DNA of 64,000 nt from Arenicellales bacterium. Lineage in GTDB: Bacteria > Pseudomonadota > Gammaproteobacteria > Arenicellales > JAJDZL01. The DNA lies in NCBI GenBank assembly GCA_965214785.1, contig OZ243975.1, positions 2,160,593 to 2,224,592 on the forward strand, read 5' to 3'. How positions within the stretch are numbered: position 1 is the stretch's first letter; each line of letters opens with the position of its first letter. Shown here in pieces: positions 60,448-64,000 of this stretch. Below the pieces are notes generated by a model that was not told the origin of the DNA, did not search any database, and saw only the letters and a list, made by a program, of their open reading frames with translations. The position numbers and the translations under genes were made by a program.

Positions 60448-61291
60448 TCGCGCCGGCGCATATGCCCGGTTGACGCGGATGGACAAGCCCATCGGCTCTT
60501 TGCTGTTGCTGTGGCCAACGCTATGGGCAGCCTGGATTGCAGGCGACGGAACTCCGCAACCCCATATTGTGCTGATTTTGGTGCTAGGCGTCTTTGTTAT
60601 GCGCTCGGCGGGCTGTGTAATCAATGATTTTGCCGACCGCAAGATTGACCCCCATGTTGAAAGAACACACAATCGTCCGCTGGCAACCGGGGAGGTTGCG
60701 GCGAGCGAAGCGATCGTTTTGTTTGTGTGTCTGTGTCTGCTTGGGCTGGTTCTGGTGCTTTTTTTGAATCGACTGTCTTTGATTCTTGCCGGCGTTGCGG
60801 TTTTTCTCGCAGTTTCCTATCCGTTTTTGAAACGCGTTACGAATCTGCCTCAGTTTTATCTGGGAATCGCCTTTGGCTGGGGAATTCCGATCGCGTTTGC
60901 CGCACACCTCGATACAGTTCCGCTCATCGGATGGATGCTGCTGGCGGCAAATATTGCCTGGGCAGGTGCCTACGATACGTTTTATGCGATGGTAGACAGA
61001 AACGATGATGTCGACATCGGAGTCAAGTCTCTTGCGGTTCTTGCCGGCCGCTATGACCGAACGGTTATCGCGGTTTGCCAGATAATCACAGTGGCACTTT
61101 TGACTGTGGTCGGATATATGGCAGCTTTAGACGGTTACTTTTATATGGGATTGGGTGTCGCCGCACTGATCGGTCTTTGGCATCAGATTCGTTGCCGTGT
61201 CGATGACCGCGAACAGTTCTTCAAAGCATTTGTGGGCAACAGCTGGTTCGGTGCAGCTGTGTTCACAGGTATTGTATTGTCATACCTGTAA
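60428..61291 (+). CDS. ubiA: 4-hydroxybenzoate polyprenyltransferase
   Basis: ..RMDKPIGSLLLLWPTLWA.. and NDFADRKIDPHVERTHNRPLATG, plus a second Asp-rich motif YDTFYAMVDRNDD. It overlaps the recG end by 20 nt. Confidence 0.92.
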   Translation: MITFLFDRAGAYARLTRMDKPIGSLLLLWPTLWAAWIAGDGTPQPHIVLILVLGVFVMRSAGCVINDFADRKIDPHVERTHNRPLATGEVAASEAIVLFVCLCLLGLVLVLFLNRLSLILAGVAVFLAVSYPFLKRVTNLPQFYLGIAFGWGIPIAFAAHLDTVPLIGWMLLAANIAWAGAYDTFYAMVDRNDDVDIGVKSLAVLAGRYDRTVIAVCQIITVALLTVVGYMAALDGYFYMGLGVAALIGLWHQIRCRVDDREQFFKAFVGNSWFGAAVFTGIVLSYL

Positions 61292-61304
61292 ACCCATCGC
61301 AAAC

Positions 61305-61679
61305 ATGACGCCATTTGATATTGGACTGCATATTGCCACAGCAACGCTTGCAGTGGTAGTCGGCTGTGTCATTTTGCTGATGCCAAAAGGCACGCTGCGT
61401 CACAAGATGGCCGGCAGAATCTGGGTGGCGCTGATGGTGGTCGTCGCAATCGGGTCGTTTCGCCTTTTCGGAATTTCCCAAAACGGATGGTTCAGCCCAA
61501 TTCACGTTCTTTCGATTTTTACCCTTTGTTCTTTGGCGTACGGGATTTTTATGATTCGACGCGGCAACAAAAAGGCGCACATCGGTGCGATGATCGGGTG
61601 TTTCTCAGGATTGGTTGTCGCAGGGGCTTTTACCTTGAGTCCGGGTCGACTCCTTGGTGTGTTTTTCTTCGGCAACTAA
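61305..61679 (+). CDS. Small integral membrane protein (DUF2306-like)
   Basis: I moved the start to the ATG at 61305. 124 aa with four predicted TM segments and conserved His/Arg pattern (..LHIATATLA.., ..RHKMAGRIW.., ..SPIHVLS.., ..KKAHIGAM..). Confidence 0.6.
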   Translation: MTPFDIGLHIATATLAVVVGCVILLMPKGTLRHKMAGRIWVALMVVVAIGSFRLFGISQNGWFSPIHVLSIFTLCSLAYGIFMIRRGNKKAHIGAMIGCFSGLVVAGAFTLSPGRLLGVFFFGN

Positions 61680-61690
61680 ATTTATTGTGC

Positions 61691-63034
61691 TCACTGCACG
61701 CTTGCAAATGACAGGTCCATTGCCTCGACTATCGGTGGAACATCTTCGCTCGAAAGACACAGCGGCGGTACCAGTCTTAGAACGCTTCGATCCGGACCTG
61801 CTTTGCTTGTTACCAGGCCGTGTTCGCGCGTCTTTTCAAAAACAACCGCAGTCTCCATAGGCGCAGGCTGTTTGGTTTTTCTGTCTTTTACCAGTTCTAT
61901 CCCTAACAGTAGCCCTCGTCCTCGGATATCTCCAATAATCGGGTATTTGTCTTTCAGCACTGACATGCCGTCGAGCAGCATGCGTCCGACCTTGTGAGCA
62001 TTTTGCTGCAGTTTGTCGCGCTTGATAATCTGTAAAACCGCACGTCCCGCTGCACAGCTCACAGGATTGGCCCCATAGGTGTGAAACAAGAATTTGTCTG
62101 CCATCGGTTCTGCCACTTTGCGTTGGGCAATGACCGCACCCAATGGGTAGCCGTTGCCAATTCCTTTTGCACTGACAACGATATCGGGTACAACATCATG
62201 TGCGTTGAAACACCAAAAATCACTGCCGCTCCTGCCATATCCCGACTGCACTTCATCAATGATCATCAAACCGCCACTGGCGCGTACCCGCTCAGCAGCA
62301 CCGGCGATATAGCCTCTTGGCATCGGCACGGCACCCGCGTAACCCTGTATGGGCTCGATAATCATCGCTGCCAGATTCGCACTCGTGCCGAAATGAATTG
62401 TGCTTTCGAGCGCATCAAGATAGCACTCGACACGGTCTGAAAAAGCACCGCGATAGGTGTTCGGGGTGATCGCGAACTGGACGTTGCCAGGCAGCCCGAC
62501 ATTGTGGCGAAACCCTGAAATTCCGGTTACCGACTGTGCACCGTAGGTCGGGCCGTGATATGCACCCTGCAGTGAGATGATGTCGTTTCTTTCCGTATAT
62601 GTACGCGCCATCATCAGCGCCAGGTCAACTGCTTCAGCACCGCTGTTTGTTAAGTGCACGACCCAATCGTATCCATCGGGCATCGTGGCTGCGAGTTCTT
62701 CGCAAAAATGCGCTGGAACAGGATGGTAGAACATCGTCGTGCAGTGGGTAAGCGTTTGCGCCTGCTCAGCGGCTGCCTGGTTGACTTCGCGGTTGCTGTG
62801 ACCGACTGAAATGCACACATTCATACCGAGCAGGTCGATTAGCCGAGTGTCGTTTTCGTCCCACACGTATTGTCCGCTGCCGCGTTTTAAAATCAGCGGT
62901 TTGCGATACGGCTGAAACTTTCTTTGTGAAGCCGCGTAAAAATTTTCTCGACGGGCGATGACAGCACCTGTGTTCCAGTCGGTATGAAGTTTCATTGGGT
63001 TGCTCCGGTTTCGTGATTTGGATTGTTTAGCCAC
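61691..63034 (-). CDS. Class III (omega) PLP-dependent aminotransferase
   Basis: 447 aa. ..GAYHGPTYG.., IIDEVQSGYGRSG, and PLP-lysine SAKGIGNGYPLGA. Confidence 0.88.
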   Translation of the reverse strand: MAKQSKSRNRSNPMKLHTDWNTGAVIARRENFYAASQRKFQPYRKPLILKRGSGQYVWDENDTRLIDLLGMNVCISVGHSNREVNQAAAEQAQTLTHCTTMFYHPVPAHFCEELAATMPDGYDWVVHLTNSGAEAVDLALMMARTYTERNDIISLQGAYHGPTYGAQSVTGISGFRHNVGLPGNVQFAITPNTYRGAFSDRVECYLDALESTIHFGTSANLAAMIIEPIQGYAGAVPMPRGYIAGAAERVRASGGLMIIDEVQSGYGRSGSDFWCFNAHDVVPDIVVSAKGIGNGYPLGAVIAQRKVAEPMADKFLFHTYGANPVSCAAGRAVLQIIKRDKLQQNAHKVGRMLLDGMSVLKDKYPIIGDIRGRGLLLGIELVKDRKTKQPAPMETAVVFEKTREHGLVTSKAGPDRSVLRLVPPLCLSSEDVPPIVEAMDLSFASVQ

Positions 63035-63103
63035 AATGGATGTTTTGCGTGTGCAGTTTGTGTGCGGTTTTAATCTGAATCAAAACGTGATGGTCACATC
63101 AGT

Positions 63104-64000
63104 TTAATTCGGCCGCTTTTCAATCTGCTCGGTTCTGCGTGCGACAAAATCATCAATCGCTTCAGCCTTGCCCTGGTCAAGTGGCGGTTTTTCGTACTCA
63201 GCCAAAAGCTTTTTCCAAATACTGTTGGCTTTTTCGTGCTGCCATATTGAACCCTCTGCTTTCCACTGCTCAAAAGTCAGATTGTCGGCCAGCGGTGACT
63301 GAAAAAAAGCAGATTCAAAATGTTTCTGCGTATGCAGTGCGCCGAGAAAGTGTTCACCTGGCTGCACTTCATCGAACGCGTCCTGTGCCTGTGCCTCCAA
63401 AGAAAGGTCAATATTGCGTGCGAAAGCTTCAAGCATCGCACAGCGGTCGGCGTCCATAATGACTTTTTCGTAGCCGACTGTGAGCAGGCTTTCGAGGCAG
63501 CCGGTGGCGTGAATAATGAAATGGGTGCCGGCCATAAAGGAGCCTAAAAGCTGTGTTGTGCTTTCGTACGCAGCTTGCGCGTCGGGCACCTTCGAAGCTG
63601 TGAGCGCACCTACAGAGTGAAATGGAACACCGAGTCGGTCGGCTAGCGAGCGGGCACACATCTGAAACTGCATGCCTTCGGGCGTGCCAAACGTTGTCGC
63701 GCCGCTGCGCAATGATATCGGGGAGAAAAATGTTCCAAATACGCAAGGCGCACCGGGTCGAATCAACTGTATCAGGCTAAGACCTGCGAGTACTTCAGCC
63801 AATACCTGCGCCAAAGTCGCTGCAACGGTAACCGGGCTCATTGCTCCGCCCAAAATAAACGGCGAAACAACGACTGCCTGATTTGCCTTTGCATACACTT
63901 TAAGGGCATCGAGCATGGTGGCATCGAGTACTAGAGGAGCGTTGGTGTTCACTACGCTGTACAAACAGCAATTTGCATCGACAAAATCGTCCCCGAACAC
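63104..64000 (-). CDS. Second MttB-superfamily methyltransferase (N-terminal part lies beyond the window end)
   Basis: 298 C-terminal residues colinear with the 50013-51551 protein (..VVSPFILGGAMSPVTVA.., ..GEHFLGALHTQKHF.., ..KKLLAEYEKPPLD..). Confidence 0.85.
   Translation of the reverse strand: MFGDDFVDANCCLYSVVNTNAPLVLDATMLDALKVYAKANQAVVVSPFILGGAMSPVTVAATLAQVLAEVLAGLSLIQLIRPGAPCVFGTFFSPISLRSGATTFGTPEGMQFQMCARSLADRLGVPFHSVGALTASKVPDAQAAYESTTQLLGSFMAGTHFIIHATGCLESLLTVGYEKVIMDADRCAMLEAFARNIDLSLEAQAQDAFDEVQPGEHFLGALHTQKHFESAFFQSPLADNLTFEQWKAEGSIWQHEKANSIWKKLLAEYEKPPLDQGKAEAIDDFVARRTEQIEKRPN

Overview
This 64-kb chromosomal segment has gene content and order that look gammaproteobacterial. 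It is probably from a marine aerobe, given the glycine and methylated-amine catabolism genes and a class III PHA synthase.

The housekeeping backbone runs as follows: gyrB (5' partial); apaG, apaH and mlaA; gcvT-gcvH-gcvP; coaX; priA, argS and a SPOR-domain gene; phaC-phaE facing phaB-phaR-rubredoxin; prmB, rpmE, rho and trxA. It continues with a lone molybdo-hydroxylase large subunit next to two cytochrome c' genes, a phosphoribosyltransferase pair with a DMGDH-like gene and an MttB-family gene, speB-sixA, rpoZ-spoT-ridA-recG-ubiA, and a class III aminotransferase with a second MttB-family gene that is cut by the window end.

I recognised no rRNA, canonical tRNA or CRISPR array.

Several small accessory patches interrupt the backbone:
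- A decayed higB, an intact higA and an ISAs1-type remnant lie between an aryl-CoA ligase gene and a monooxygenase gene.
- An AT-rich insert in the pha divergent region carries a translationally coupled Clp/SppA-fold (SDH-family) serine protease and a 71-aa acidic protein. This is the best candidate for an undescribed system.
- A complete-looking IS91-family element carries a tyrosine recombinase, terminal inverted repeats and a 34-bp tandem duplication.
- A Gp49-like toxin / HTH antitoxin cassette next to trxA is bracketed by two ~185-bp direct repeats.
- A truncated XRE-ImmA/IrrE gene lies beside a coupled unknown-plus-HAD gene pair.

There are also apparent 1-nt frame problems at the 5' ends of spoT and the Gp49-like toxin. 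All calls rest on reading the sequence and on remembered family motifs; no database search was run.
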